From IMG/VR virus record IMGVR_UViG_3300020020_000004: 64,000 bases of DNA. One strand, given 5' to 3'. The notes beneath the pieces are model-generated. The model ran no database searches. It was given only the letters and a program-made list of their open reading frames with translations, and was not told the DNA's origin. Position numbers and translations under genes: made by a program. Shown piece after piece: positions 9,048 to 18,778 of the stretch. Each line of letters starts with the position of its first letter. Within the stretch, counting starts at the first letter, position 1. Source of the DNA: an uncultured virus (IMG/VR IMGVR_UViG_3300020020_000004) (taxonomy: Duplodnaviria; Heunggongvirae; Uroviricota; Caudoviricetes).

Positions 9048-10911
9048 GTATCAACGGCGCATCGAATTCATACGTCGATGTAGGCGCGTGTCGGCGTCGC
9101 GCGTCGGGCGCCCGCCGGCCGCGCCCATTATAGGAATGGGCTCCATTTTTCAATCAAGACGTACCGACGCCTACCATCTCGAGCCTCGGCCTCGCCTCGA
9201 TCTCACCTCTTCCTTTTTCTTCTGTATTTCCGTTTCTTATTGAAAATCTTCTTTCTCTTTCCAGTGGTATCGTTGTCACACTGGAAGCAGGTAATCTGAT
9301 CAGCATCATCTGAGACAATATGTCCCAGATCCTTTCCACATCGCCAGCAGATAGCTGCCTTCATTTCACCTCCTATATGAACGTCTGAGTGTCATCTAGA
9401 GATAGATCGCCTTCGTGCTTGATAGCAGAAAAACGATCACACCAACCAGAAATCCATTGTCCGTACGAATAAGGTTGAACGTCCTCACTGTACGGATTGT
9501 GTTGAGTTAGCCCGCCCTTATGGGCGAGCCAACCATCGAGATAAGGAGCTGACTTCATAGTCTTTCCTTTCAGTAGGATGCGCTGTAGATTGCGGGATCG
9601 CGTTCACCTCGGACGAACGACTCTGCTTTCGCAATGACGTCGTTTTCGTCTTGAGAGACGTATTCCAGGCAATTGCTTCCCGAGTTCGGGAATGCACGGA
9701 ACAAGAACCACCCGTCCCATGATCCATGTTTCCGAACGTGGGCGGCGTAGATGCCCTTTGGGAGTTGGGTGTAGTTCCAGCTACGGATGTCAGTCATTTC
9801 GCAGGCTTCCTTTCGAATCAGCGTCACTGATCTTAGCCTCTTCCTGCTCGATACGTTCTCGCAGCAAAGCTTTGACTATCCGGTCCACTGTCATGAACCA
9901 GTTGTGTGAGCCTGGCGTACGACCGTCCAGCTCGTTCTGCAGTATAAGAAGTACATTTAACATCAGACGTGCTCCAAGCCCAGGCGGAAGTGATTGTAGC
10001 GATCCCAAGTTGGGCATACCTTTTTGATCGCCTTATGGAGTTGCTTGAGATTTTTGACGCCGGCTACCGCGCAGGCGTGCTTTCGTACCCTACGGAAACG
10101 TCGTCGTTGGCCGCGGGATACGTCTTCGTAGCATTCGCTTGGGGCATGAAACGCCGACAGGTCGTCGTACATCTCACTGCAAGAGCGTTCAAATCTTAAT
10201 AGAACGCTCACTGCCTTTCCTAGTTGAGCCATATCATGTACTTCCATTGCGAGCGGGATTGCTCGAACTTGCTCCATCTTTCTTACGGATGGAGCAAGGG
10301 CTTGCAATCAATCCATCCTGCAGACTTCAAACGAGCCGTCGGGCTGTTTGATAACAACCACATCGCTGTTATACAGGAGGATCAGTTCATCCCGCAGATG
10401 GGTTACTGCCATCGGCTGATGCGCCGGGTCGCCGGGATACTTCAAAATATGAGTCTCAGTTAGAGTAAACTTGTCTTGACCGAACGGACGCCAACCTCCG
10501 AATTTGTAGCGTTCGTTGAACTGCTGCGCTGCTGGACGCTCATCCTCGTTAACGAGGAAGTATGGAAGATAGGGACCAAGATGTTCGTATGTCATCAGTG
10601 GGTGTAGCAGTGTCCAGATTGGGTTACTCATAATGTAGTTCTCCATATCGAGCGAGATTGCTCGTACATGCCTCACCGAGGTGGGACATGGGCTTGCAAT
10701 CACTTTGACCACACCATCATGTCGCAAAAGTCTAACCATTCCTTCGATAACAGAGTCTTTTCATCGGGCTCAGGCTCCGGAATACATGCTGTGCTTTCAT
10801 AGTGAGGATCCAACCAGCTTCTTGGATAGTACTTTTTTGGTACTAACCAGAGAGTAAGGATGATTGCGAGAAAGATTATTCCTCTCATTGTATCTCCTCT
10901 GTCGTGTTGAT

Positions 10912-11445
10912 TCACCTATTGATCCAAACTGCGTCAACAAGTTCGTCCTGGTCGATTAGGAATAAGTGTTCCAATTCACCAGGAACAACCAGGATACGCA
11001 TTTTCTTCTTGTTGAACCTGCGCCATTGCGCGACGATGCGATGGGTGCCATCTATAATTTGCAACCCATCGGGATAGAAAACCCCAATTGCAGGGCGTTC
11101 TATGTCTTTCTCAGTAACGCGATCTACGTGGGACTGTTCACATCCTCCGTAAGTAAAGATATAACTGACATATTCGTCAGACATGTATATTTGAAGAGCT
11201 TTCACCGGAATATCGTTAGTGTAGATTAAATCCTTAATCTCGCGAATGTTATAGATCTTCACCACACCATTTTCTTCGTGTCGGTAAACCTCACTTACTA
11301 TGCATGTGGTAACCACCGTTTCGGTAGGACTAACTTGAGTTCGCCCAACCTCCACAGGAGGAATTTCGATCGGATGCTTGTGCAGCATCGCGTCGCGATC
11401 CGCCTGAGTGACTTCTACTTCTCTGACTCGAATTCTTGGGCTCAT
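10912..11445 (-). CDS. ParB/Srx-like N-terminal domain protein
   Basis: RPAIGV...LQIIDGTHRIVA motif typical of ParBc fold. Confidence 0.55.
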   Translation of the reverse strand: MSPRIRVREVEVTQADRDAMLHKHPIEIPPVEVGRTQVSPTETVVTTCIVSEVYRHEENGVVKIYNIREIKDLIYTNDIPVKALQIYMSDEYVSYIFTYGGCEQSHVDRVTEKDIERPAIGVFYPDGLQIIDGTHRIVAQWRRFNKKKMRILVVPGELEHLFLIDQDELVDAVWINR

Positions 11446-11542
11446 TTACACTCCTTTCGTGTGTGCGGGCGAGGTCCGTATTTCTTTACCCATTTCTCTT
11501 TGTCGTGCCCGAGAAACAGGGCTTCGTCATACTCTACAATCA

Positions 11543-12949
11543 CTACTTGTTCCTTCCGAGGTACTTCAGTACGCGCATTGCGTAGACGTCTTCTGCTTCC
11601 GCCCGATCCTCGCAGTAGCTTCCCATATGGAAGCCGCCGTCTTGCTCGTTGAAGAAGTGAACTGCGAAAGGACGTCTTGTGTCGGCTATCTGGCACATTA
11701 CGATAGCGCCGGGCGCCTGCACGCCATCACCATTCACAGAGACATGCTTGAGTATAGTCCAACCCTGGCGTGTGGCGCGTGCGTTCATTGAGTGTGTCAT
11801 TAGCGCACCACCTTGTTGAGCGTCTCGCCGCACAGATCGACATATGCAGCGGTACTGTTCGTGCTGTCGTGATAGAAAGCATCTCTGTGCGAGCGGGCTG
11901 TTCCATTCGCCAGATTGTTGTCGTACCAGTGCATAACTTCCACCTGGTTGAATTGGCAGTGCAGTCCGAGCTTGAACTCCCCACACACCATCCGGTCGAT
12001 GTCGTGGAACGTAACGATACCATCGTCGTGCAGGGTAGCAACGATGCGCTGACCGTGGATAGTGTACTTCCGACCAGTATTGAATGCAATCTTCTTAGAC
12101 ATAGCGGATACTTCCTGTTATCGTGCGGTGTTGCACGCTCATGTGGTGTACACGACACCACATGGACTTGCATCAGGCCGCTAAGCCGAATATGTGGAGC
12201 AACCGCGCGATTTCCTTTAGTTCTTCCTCGTCTGAGGATTTACCATAGGTTGCTATGATCTTCATCAACAGCCGGCGTTGTGCTTCAGTGATTGTAACTT
12301 GCATCTTCGGATTTCCCAGCCCGTTGACTAGCGCGATCCATTCCTCCTGCGTGTTGATGTACCGACCTGCATCGTCCGACCAGTACTCGTTTGTTGAGTC
12401 AAAGATGTTACGATGCATACCATCGTGATTTGCAAGCCGGTTGCAACCCTTCAGGTTGAACTTCACGTGCGAGCAAACGCTGTTGTCCTTTGGTCCAGAG
12501 TACCAACCCATGTCAGACCTCCGTAGGTGTTAGAGTAACGGTGTACGCCGCCGGCAGATATTCGTTTTTGCGGACGTAGATCGGTTGCAGCGTAGGCTTG
12601 AATTTCTTTTCGCCCTTGTCGTCAATCTCAGCATACTCCACGACGGACTTGTGCTCTTTTACGAGCTTCATAACAACTGTGATTGTTCCGGTCATTACAC
12701 GGATACCTTTTCTTTGGATTGCGCAACCGTGAAGCGCACTGCTTCGTTAACGATGCGGTATGGAACTTTTTCCGTTAGGAGTTGCTCTGCAGCGAACTTC
12801 GGAATGCTCCAGGTGGACGCCACAATGTGGACCATCCGTGCGCGATCTTCAGGGAATTTCGCTGCGTTGATCGCCCACTGAACGATGCCAGGAGCGTAGA
12901 CGAGTGAATTGGAACCTAGGGAATATACTCGATTGGTGGGCTTGTTCAT
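11543..12949 (-). other. Cluster of small hypothetical early genes (11543-11800, 11800-12102, 12173-12511, 12513-12695, 12695-12949)
   Basis: Abutting or overlapping minus-strand ORFs downstream of promoter at 13009-13038. Confidence 0.55.
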
Positions 12950-13008
12950 AGCAGGTAAGTCCTTCTGTTGGTAGAATGGTGCTGAAGGGGATTTTGTACC
13001 CCAAAAGT

Positions 13009-13038
13009 AATGTAGCATGGATCAGCCGGTTGATGCAA
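13009..13038 (-). promoter_or_regulatory. sigma70-like extended -10 promoter
   Basis: Minus strand TTGCAT-N18(ending TGC)-TACATT. Confidence 0.65.
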
Positions 13039-13318
13039 GTGTCGGGCTGCGGTGTAGCGGTGGGGAAAGTAGGGCAGGAATAGGAGGTATGTGTTGGTTA
13101 CACCGGCGCAATGACAAGGGGTCACAGTTGTAGACAACTTATCATAGTTGTATGGCTGTAGCTGGGATCTAGGAGGGCATGTCGACAAGGGTAGGGAGAA
13201 GAGGGCGAATTGGGGGAATTGGGGGAATTGTTGGTATGGGGTGTTTGGGGGACAGTAAGGAAGATGGGCGAGTTTTATGGGTAGGTTCCAATTGCGAGCA
13301 ATTTATTGATTTTTCCCG

Positions 13319-13530
13319 GTTAAGTGACTGTTTTTGCATAGAAAAAACGTAAGAGATGAGGGGGTAGAATTTTTTTTCGCTCCCCCTATAAAGGGGGTCA
13401 TCAAGTGTGTAAAAGGTTGTCAAGTGGCCTCTCGTAAGATTAGTTGAAAAGTAGATGACCTCTCTCTATACTATTACTATTATTCTATATATTCTATTAT
13501 ATATTTATTTAATGAAAACAACCACTTAGC
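13319..13530. other. AT-rich non-coding core flanked by imperfect inverted repeat; candidate replication origin
   Basis: Nearly G-free A/T stretch 13461-13520; gttaagtgactgtttttgcat (13319-13339) versus revcomp gctaagtggttgttttcat (13512-13530). Confidence 0.4.
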
Positions 13531-13672
13531 GGTCAAAAATCTTAATAATCATCACTAATTCCCCAATAATTTGCGAATCTTCCTCGAGTTATCTCGCTTA
13601 TCTCTTACTTTTCTGTATTCTTGGTCGAGTCTATTTACCCCTAGGCCAACTTTCGCCTGAATAAAAAATCAT

Positions 13673-13701
13673 TTGCATCCCGCAAAGTTCTATGCTACGG
13701 T
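13673..13701 (+). promoter_or_regulatory. Rightward sigma70-like promoter of the same family
   Basis: TTGCAT-N17(ending TGC)-TACGGT preceded by an A-tract. Confidence 0.55.
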
Positions 13702-13765
13702 ACTGCATGGAGTGCGTCATCAGTCTTTCCGACGGGAGAGGCCAGTGCTCCATGAGCCTGAGACC

Positions 13766-13871
13766 GGTCGAGTAAGGAGCTCGAGTCCTCGAGTTACATT
13801 GGGGGCTCGAGTTCTCGGCCGAGTCTTCTGACCGAGTGATTCTTCGGCTCGAGTCTTCTGTCGGTCGAGTC
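13766..13871. repeat. Array of 8 co-oriented CGAGT motifs
   Basis: ggtcgagt, ctcgagt, ctcgagt, ctcgagt, gccgagt, accgagt, ctcgagt, gtcgagt in about 105 bp. Confidence 0.6.
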
Positions 13872-14318
13872 TTTTCTCGATCGTCTGCGTGCTGCGCTGT
13901 CTCTCATTGTGGAAAGTTCGTTCAGGCACAAAGCCTAGGCAGGGCTATCTGCCTCTTCTGATACTGAGACCAATAGCACGGGGACATCTCCAGGACAGAG
14001 CAATCCACAGTTCCATAAGGGAACGCGAGAGCAGCGGCCGGAGGATTTCGTCCAGTGTGGCGTTCAAAGAAACTCTCACCTCGCATTTAGTGTAACGGAA
14101 GCACCAGTACCTCCAATGCTGAGACCTGTTCGACTCAGGCTTGCGAGCTAGCGCCCTTCTTTCGAAGCGCGCGCACCAAATATATACGTGCGTCGTCGTC
14201 GACCAAAAATATATATCATGTCGTCGTCTCATCCTCAAGCTTCTCGAAACTCAACCTCGGGATTTCGAGGATCTGATCTCGAGATTTTCTTGAGTTGATT
14301 TGATACGACACAGTCACG

Positions 14319-14347
14319 AAAAAGCGACCCCCTTTCGGGGGCCGCTT
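14319..14347 (-). terminator. Rho-independent terminator
   Basis: AAAAAGCGACCCCC-tttc-GGGGGCCGCTT hairpin with A-run. Confidence 0.65.
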
Positions 14348-14360
14348 CTGGAGACGTCGT

Positions 14361-14498
14361 CTAACGGCGAGCTTTTCGCAGAACGGCGAGCAGCCCGACT
14401 ACTGTCAGAAGGTTTGCGGCGATCGTTGTCACCGATGCAAGACCCGCGAGCGTAATCAGCTCGTTGAGGTTGCTAGCGAACACCGGTATGTGGCTCAT
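14361..14498 (-). CDS. 45-aa single-pass membrane peptide
   Basis: Manual: MSHIPVFASNLNELITLAGLASVTTIAANLLTVVGLLAVLRKARR; ATGA-coupled to upstream gene. Confidence 0.55.
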   Translation of the reverse strand: MSHIPVFASNLNELITLAGLASVTTIAANLLTVVGLLAVLRKARR

Positions 14499-14707
14499 CG
14501 GCGACCACCAATGCGAACCCGACGGTCGCAGCTTGTCGACCCAGCGTGATCCACCGCGTAGCGCAGGCCTCGCTTGGCGATAAGCTGTTCCAGGCAGGCA
14601 GCGTACTCTTTATCGGTGCGAATGACCGTCAACTCAGTAGCAGCGACGGCCGAAGCAGCGCAAGCGGCTGCGAGTAGCGCGAAAGCGCGAAGGGCGTATT
14701 GCCTCAT
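14495..14707 (-). CDS. Small exported protein (signal peptide)
   Basis: MRQYALRAFALLAAACAASAVAA- Sec-type signal; AGGAG RBS; two Cys in mature part. Confidence 0.6.
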   Translation of the reverse strand: MRQYALRAFALLAAACAASAVAATELTVIRTDKEYAACLEQLIAKRGLRYAVDHAGSTSCDRRVRIGGRR

Positions 14708-14729
14708 AGAAGTAGCTCCTCTGATATGC

Positions 14730-14761
14730 AAAAAAGGGGACACGCGGAATGCGTGTCCCCT
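14730..14761 (-). terminator. Rho-independent terminator
   Basis: AAAAAAGGGGACACGC-ggaat-GCGTGTCCCCT. Confidence 0.7.
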
Positions 14762-14778
14762 GAGACTAGGCGTGTTGC

Positions 14779-15168
14779 TTAGACGCGACCGTGATACTTG
14801 CGCCAGGCGTAGAACTCCTGCGAGGCGTTGGACACGTTCCAGTTGTTGGCGACTGCGTGATCGCGCAGGTGCTTGACAGTCGGGTGAGTACCGGCGGCGA
14901 CCAGTTCGTCGCAGGCGTTCCACACCTGCCAACACTTGCCCCCGACGCGGGGGTACTTCTTGGTCTTGGCAACTGCAACGGGCGTGTCCGCAGCGACAGC
15001 AGCTTCCGCGGGCGCAGCAGCGGCTTCAACGGGCGCGACGGGGGCTTCTGCAGTGTCAACGACAGCAGCAGGGTTTTCCACCGTTTCAACAACAGCGGTG
15101 GACACTTCGGACTCCACCACAGGGGTGGCGACAGTGACGGACTGCGACTTGCGATTACGACGAGACAT
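14779..15168 (-). CDS. Hypothetical protein: Ala/Val/Glu-rich linker plus small helical (possibly DNA-binding) C-terminal domain
   Basis: Start MSRRNRK with GGAG RBS; strong GC3 codon bias; own promoter and terminator. Confidence 0.65.
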   Translation of the reverse strand: MSRRNRKSQSVTVATPVVESEVSTAVVETVENPAAVVDTAEAPVAPVEAAAAPAEAAVAADTPVAVAKTKKYPRVGGKCWQVWNACDELVAAGTHPTVKHLRDHAVANNWNVSNASQEFYAWRKYHGRV

Positions 15169-15244
15169 AGCGATAACTCCAGGTGAGATTTGACGCGCTT
15201 GCTTATGCGAGACGCGGAAGCAGCAACAACGCTGCTTCCCCCTG

Positions 15245-15273
15245 TATATGCGACATGCACGCCTAAGATGCAA
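15245..15273 (-). promoter_or_regulatory. sigma70-like promoter
   Basis: Minus strand TTGCAT-N17-CATATA. Confidence 0.5.
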
Positions 15274-15298
15274 CGGCGCCTAACGCATAGCAGGTATG

Positions 15299-15508
15299 CA
15301 CCCCCCGGGGTGAAAACCAAAACCGGAGAATCGCGTCGTCGAGGCGGCAGGTCGTTCGCACGTTTCCCGAAAAACTAATCGGTCCTCCAAACTCACGCAC
15401 CGCGTTTCCCGATTTTTGATTCGGTCCTCTAAATATCTTCACCCCTAAAATTCCTCTCTTTGATTTTCACTTCTCGCGCGGCGCTAAAACTAAATCGGTC
15501 ATCTACAA
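15299..15508. repeat. Palindrome plus three degenerate direct repeats; candidate packaging/terminus region
   Basis: CACCCC-cc-GGGGTG; cgtttcccgaaaaactaatcggtcctccaaa (15361), cgtttcccgatttttgattcggtcctctaaa (15403), aaaactaaatcggtcatctacaa (15486). Confidence 0.5.
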
Positions 15509-16425
15509 CGACAACCCAGAAGGCTCCGTCCATGCAGACAGACCCCAACCCCAACCCCCGCTTCCTTATCTTACGTTGTCACCCACGCGACACCCTCCCC
15601 CTTTCCCTCGACCATCCTCTTCTCTATTGTCCAACTACTTCCGTTCCTATCCGTCGCGGCCCCGCACGAACTCGGTCCCATGTGGTGTTGCCTGTACTCC
15701 CTTCATTTCTCTTCTTTCCGATTCCCGATCCAAATTTAAGAGTAGACTACGTTATTCCTCGTTCCCCAAAACTCCGTCCTATGCAACGACCCCACGAACA
15801 TCCCTCCCACCCCCATCTTTTCAACGGGAACAATCCCCTCCCTGACTCCATCCCTAGACAACCTCCCCACTCCTATGCCTATTGTTTCCTTTCGGAGATC
15901 TCGGTGATGATCTCTCACCATATCCACCTTCAGACTCATAACTCACATGACTTGTGTTTGGGATCGAAAGCGGAAGTCACAGCTGGCCTCTTTTGTGGTG
16001 TTGTAGGAACTGTGGTACAAATTAGGACAAATGGAGATATCTCATTGAAAGTCCAGCAACATTTGGGGTGGCAATTTTCCACTTGCATCGTCAATGCGTC
16101 TGTGTTACGCTCCCTGTAAGTGCTCTACGTGAGTCAGCCGCAAGCTTCACGTTACGGCCTTTCATACTGCTCTGCGATGCTTGGTGGACCCCTTTCACAC
16201 ATCGCTTGGTTTCTGGGCTCCAAAGGATCCCTCGGGATCTCTATCCCAGAGACGCGGTTAAGGTCATGAGCACTTGTAGACTTGGTCTGGATGAGATAGG
16301 ATGGACCCCCTTCTTGTCCTTCTGGATCGAGTTGGAGGGGTGCCTTGGCGCCCCTCCTAGATTTGGGTACCCGTTGCGTAGGCGTTGACTGGGATTCGAC
16401 CTCTAGGTTCGCCGTCTTCTACTTC

Positions 16426-16465
16426 AAAGACTGGGTTTGGTCCCCTGGCCAGCCCAGTCTTTTTT
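16426..16465 (+). terminator. Terminator-like hairpin directly upstream of terS
   Basis: AAAGACTGGGTT-TGGT-ccct-GGCC-AGCCCAGTCTTTTTT. Confidence 0.55.
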
Positions 16466-16481
16466 ATGACTATATATCAGC

Positions 16482-16982
16482 ATGGTCCAGTCCCCAACCC
16501 AATCCCCTGTTCAAGTGAATCTCACTCCGATCAATATGACTGCGGAGTTGCAGAAGGTTCACCTCGGCAACCAGCTCTCGACCGACCAACACGCTGACCT
16601 GCGCACACTTATTCTTGATGCGGCAGCGGCGATCGGGATGGATGGTTCAGGTCGTGATGGGCTTCTTGGTTACTTGAAATACGCAGCGAGCACCTTCCCG
16701 AAGCAGTACCTTCAGGTTATTGCCAAGGTCTTACCTCTCCAGATTGACAGCAAGTCCACGATCAACGTGATCGAGCATGTGAACATCGTGTCGGTCCCGT
16801 CCGATCGGTACATGCCCCCGCAGGCGTTTGATCCTCTGAAGACAATCGATGGCACCCACAGCAAGCCAGCGAATGACGTAAGCGATCTGCACCTCGATAC
16901 ATCTGACAATGCATCTGTCCAGACAATCGAGGATGTATTGAACAACCCCGTGCCCGTCTCGCTCCCAGATGACGCGGCGTAA
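16482..16982 (+). CDS. terS: Probable terminase small subunit
   Basis: Position two genes before terL; LRTLILDAA..IG...GLLGYL..A...PK.YLQVIAKVLPLQI pattern. Confidence 0.55.
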   Translation: MVQSPTQSPVQVNLTPINMTAELQKVHLGNQLSTDQHADLRTLILDAAAAIGMDGSGRDGLLGYLKYAASTFPKQYLQVIAKVLPLQIDSKSTINVIEHVNIVSVPSDRYMPPQAFDPLKTIDGTHSKPANDVSDLHLDTSDNASVQTIEDVLNNPVPVSLPDDAA

Positions 16983-17277
16983 CGAGTCACCATTTCCTTT
17001 GAAATTCCGTCCTGGTGATCTCCCTCAAGCAGATCCCTCCAAACCCGACACACCTGTCGAGTGGGAGGACAACGCCGTCTCCAACCTTTTTGCTTACGCG
17101 AGTCACCATCTCCTCCCTAATTGGTGTCAGACACCTGAGCATTGGACGTCCCGTCTTACTCAGTATCTGTTTACCGACTGTCCGTGTTGCCTTCTTTTCC
17201 GAGGTCTGACCCTCGGGGTTCTCTTCGGCATCCCTGTAGGTATGGTATTGACTATCCTCGTGGCGCTGGTTACCTGA
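16969..17277 (+). CDS. Hypothetical membrane protein with CPCC motif
   Basis: C-terminal hydrophobic helix; TDCPCCLL. Confidence 0.55.
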   Translation: MTRRNESPFPLKFRPGDLPQADPSKPDTPVEWEDNAVSNLFAYASHHLLPNWCQTPEHWTSRLTQYLFTDCPCCLLFRGLTLGVLFGIPVGMVLTILVALVT

Positions 17278-17279
17278 TA

Positions 17280-18548
17280 ATGAGTGTCCTTGATTACCCT
17301 CAGACGCAAGGGCGCAAGTCCCAGCTCGATCTCCACCTGGGAGCGAAGTTTGTTCAGAATCTTTGGACTCCTGCTCGTCATCACGCTCTATATGGTGGCC
17401 GAGGTTCTGCTAAGTCCTGGAGCGTCGCTTCCTTTCTGACTGTGGTTGGCGGTCAGGAGATGAAGAAGATAGTGTGCGCCAGGCAATTCCAAAATTCTAT
17501 CCGTGACTCCTCCAAGGCGCTTATCGAAAAGAGAATTCTTTCTCTTGGCTTTGGCGGACACTACAAGGTAACGGATCAGTATATCACTCACGTCGAAACG
17601 AAGTCCGAGTTCAGCTTCGTAGGTCTCGAGCGCAACATTGATTCGATTCGCTCGCTTGAAGGTGCAGATATCGTTTGGGTAGAAGAAGCCCGCACCATCC
17701 GAGCTAAGTCAATGGAAGTGCTGCTCCCTACGGTACGCAGCCCCGGTTCGTTCTTCATCTGGACGTGGAATCCTGAGAAGCCCTCCGATCCTGTAGATTA
17801 CTATTTCAGGAACACGAAAGAGGGCCCTCCGCCGCGCTCCCTTGTGACGTTCGTTGAGTGCGCGGACAACCCTTACTTCTACCAGACGGAGCTACCTGAG
17901 GAGCGAGAGACGCTCCGAAAGGGCAATTTCGAACGGTATAAGCATGTTTGGGAAGGCGGATACGATACAGCCGCTGACTCCAAGGTCTTCCCGAACTGCA
18001 CTACTGGTATCGTTCCTGTACCGCTTGATTGCCCGCCCCGGTATGGGCTGGACTTCGGCTTCGGAACGGATCCGTCGTTCATTGTCAAGCTCTACTTGAT
18101 CGAGGCAATTAAGACGATCTACATCGCAGCGGAGGGTACTGGTCGTGTTCCCATGGATCAGCTTCCCACACTTATCCGCTCTGTGGTCGACTCCGACTAT
18201 GATCTCGTCAAGGCAGACTCAAGCCAACCTGGAACAATTGAATTTCTTAATGCGCGGGGCTTTCCCAACATCGTCGGAGCCCAGAAGGGTCCAGGTTCCG
18301 TTAAGTCCGGCATCAACTTCATGTCGGGATACAAGATCGTCATCCATCCGCAATGCGAGCAAATGCGCGATGAGGCGCGGCTTTACTCGTTTATGACGGA
18401 CAAGCTCAGTGGAAAAGTTCTACCTGGTCGCATTCCTGTGGATGCTAATAACCACGGTTGGGATTCTTCTCGCTACGCTTTAGAGGATGCTATCTCTAAC
18501 CCCGCCAACGATGATGATCCCTTTGGCGGCGTAGTGAAGCTCTGGTAG
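17280..18548 (+). CDS. terL: Terminase large subunit (PBSX/Terminase_3-like)
   Basis: LYGGRGSAKS Walker A, WVEEA Walker B, YGLDFGF nuclease motif, DANNHGWDSSRYA. Confidence 0.92.
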   Translation: MSVLDYPQTQGRKSQLDLHLGAKFVQNLWTPARHHALYGGRGSAKSWSVASFLTVVGGQEMKKIVCARQFQNSIRDSSKALIEKRILSLGFGGHYKVTDQYITHVETKSEFSFVGLERNIDSIRSLEGADIVWVEEARTIRAKSMEVLLPTVRSPGSFFIWTWNPEKPSDPVDYYFRNTKEGPPPRSLVTFVECADNPYFYQTELPEERETLRKGNFERYKHVWEGGYDTAADSKVFPNCTTGIVPVPLDCPPRYGLDFGFGTDPSFIVKLYLIEAIKTIYIAAEGTGRVPMDQLPTLIRSVVDSDYDLVKADSSQPGTIEFLNARGFPNIVGAQKGPGSVKSGINFMSGYKIVIHPQCEQMRDEARLYSFMTDKLSGKVLPGRIPVDANNHGWDSSRYALEDAISNPANDDDPFGGVVKLW

Positions 18549-18561
18549 ATAGGAGAGTCCC

Positions 18562-18774
18562 TTGGGTTGCGGATGTGGTAAGTCTTTTAGTTCTGGTTCA
18601 AGCTACGCTACCGGACAACGGTATCGGAGCGGGAGCGTTTCGCATGTTCCGAATGAGCGTCCTGCGGTGAGCATCAAGAGCAAGTCGCTCCAGGCTCGAA
18701 CTGGCGTCCAAGCTCAGCCCGCCTCTCCGGCTCCCGCCCCACAAGCTGCTTCTTCAGGAAGGCGCAAAGTCTAG
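18562..18774 (+). CDS. Small basic protein with N-terminal GCGC motif
   Basis: TTG start after AGGAG RBS; MGCGCGK...; between terL and portal. Confidence 0.6.
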   Translation: MGCGCGKSFSSGSSYATGQRYRSGSVSHVPNERPAVSIKSKSLQARTGVQAQPASPAPAPQAASSGRRKV

Positions 18775-18778
18775 CCAC

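Larger units (their letters stand above)
8133..10888 (-). other. Cluster of small hypothetical early genes (e.g. 8133-8339, 8483-8698, 8776-8994, 9373-9558, 9570-9797, 9790-10017, 10308-10631, 10700-10888)
   Basis: Tightly packed minus-strand ORFs, several with GGAG/AGGA RBS; no function recognised. Confidence 0.55.

Noticed and set aside
13766..13871. CRISPR mini-array (also 8701-8790 and 15361-15508)
   Set aside because: Repeats too short or degenerate and spacers irregular or too short.
15460..16119. 219-aa plus-strand ORF
   Set aside because: Pro/His-rich product of a C-rich tract with TTG start and no RBS; only the last about 55 codons look protein-like.
16376..16415. tRNA or tmRNA 5'-like GGATTCGAC segment
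   Set aside because: Could not build a cloverleaf, acceptor stem/CCA or tag ORF; kept only as part of the structured leader.
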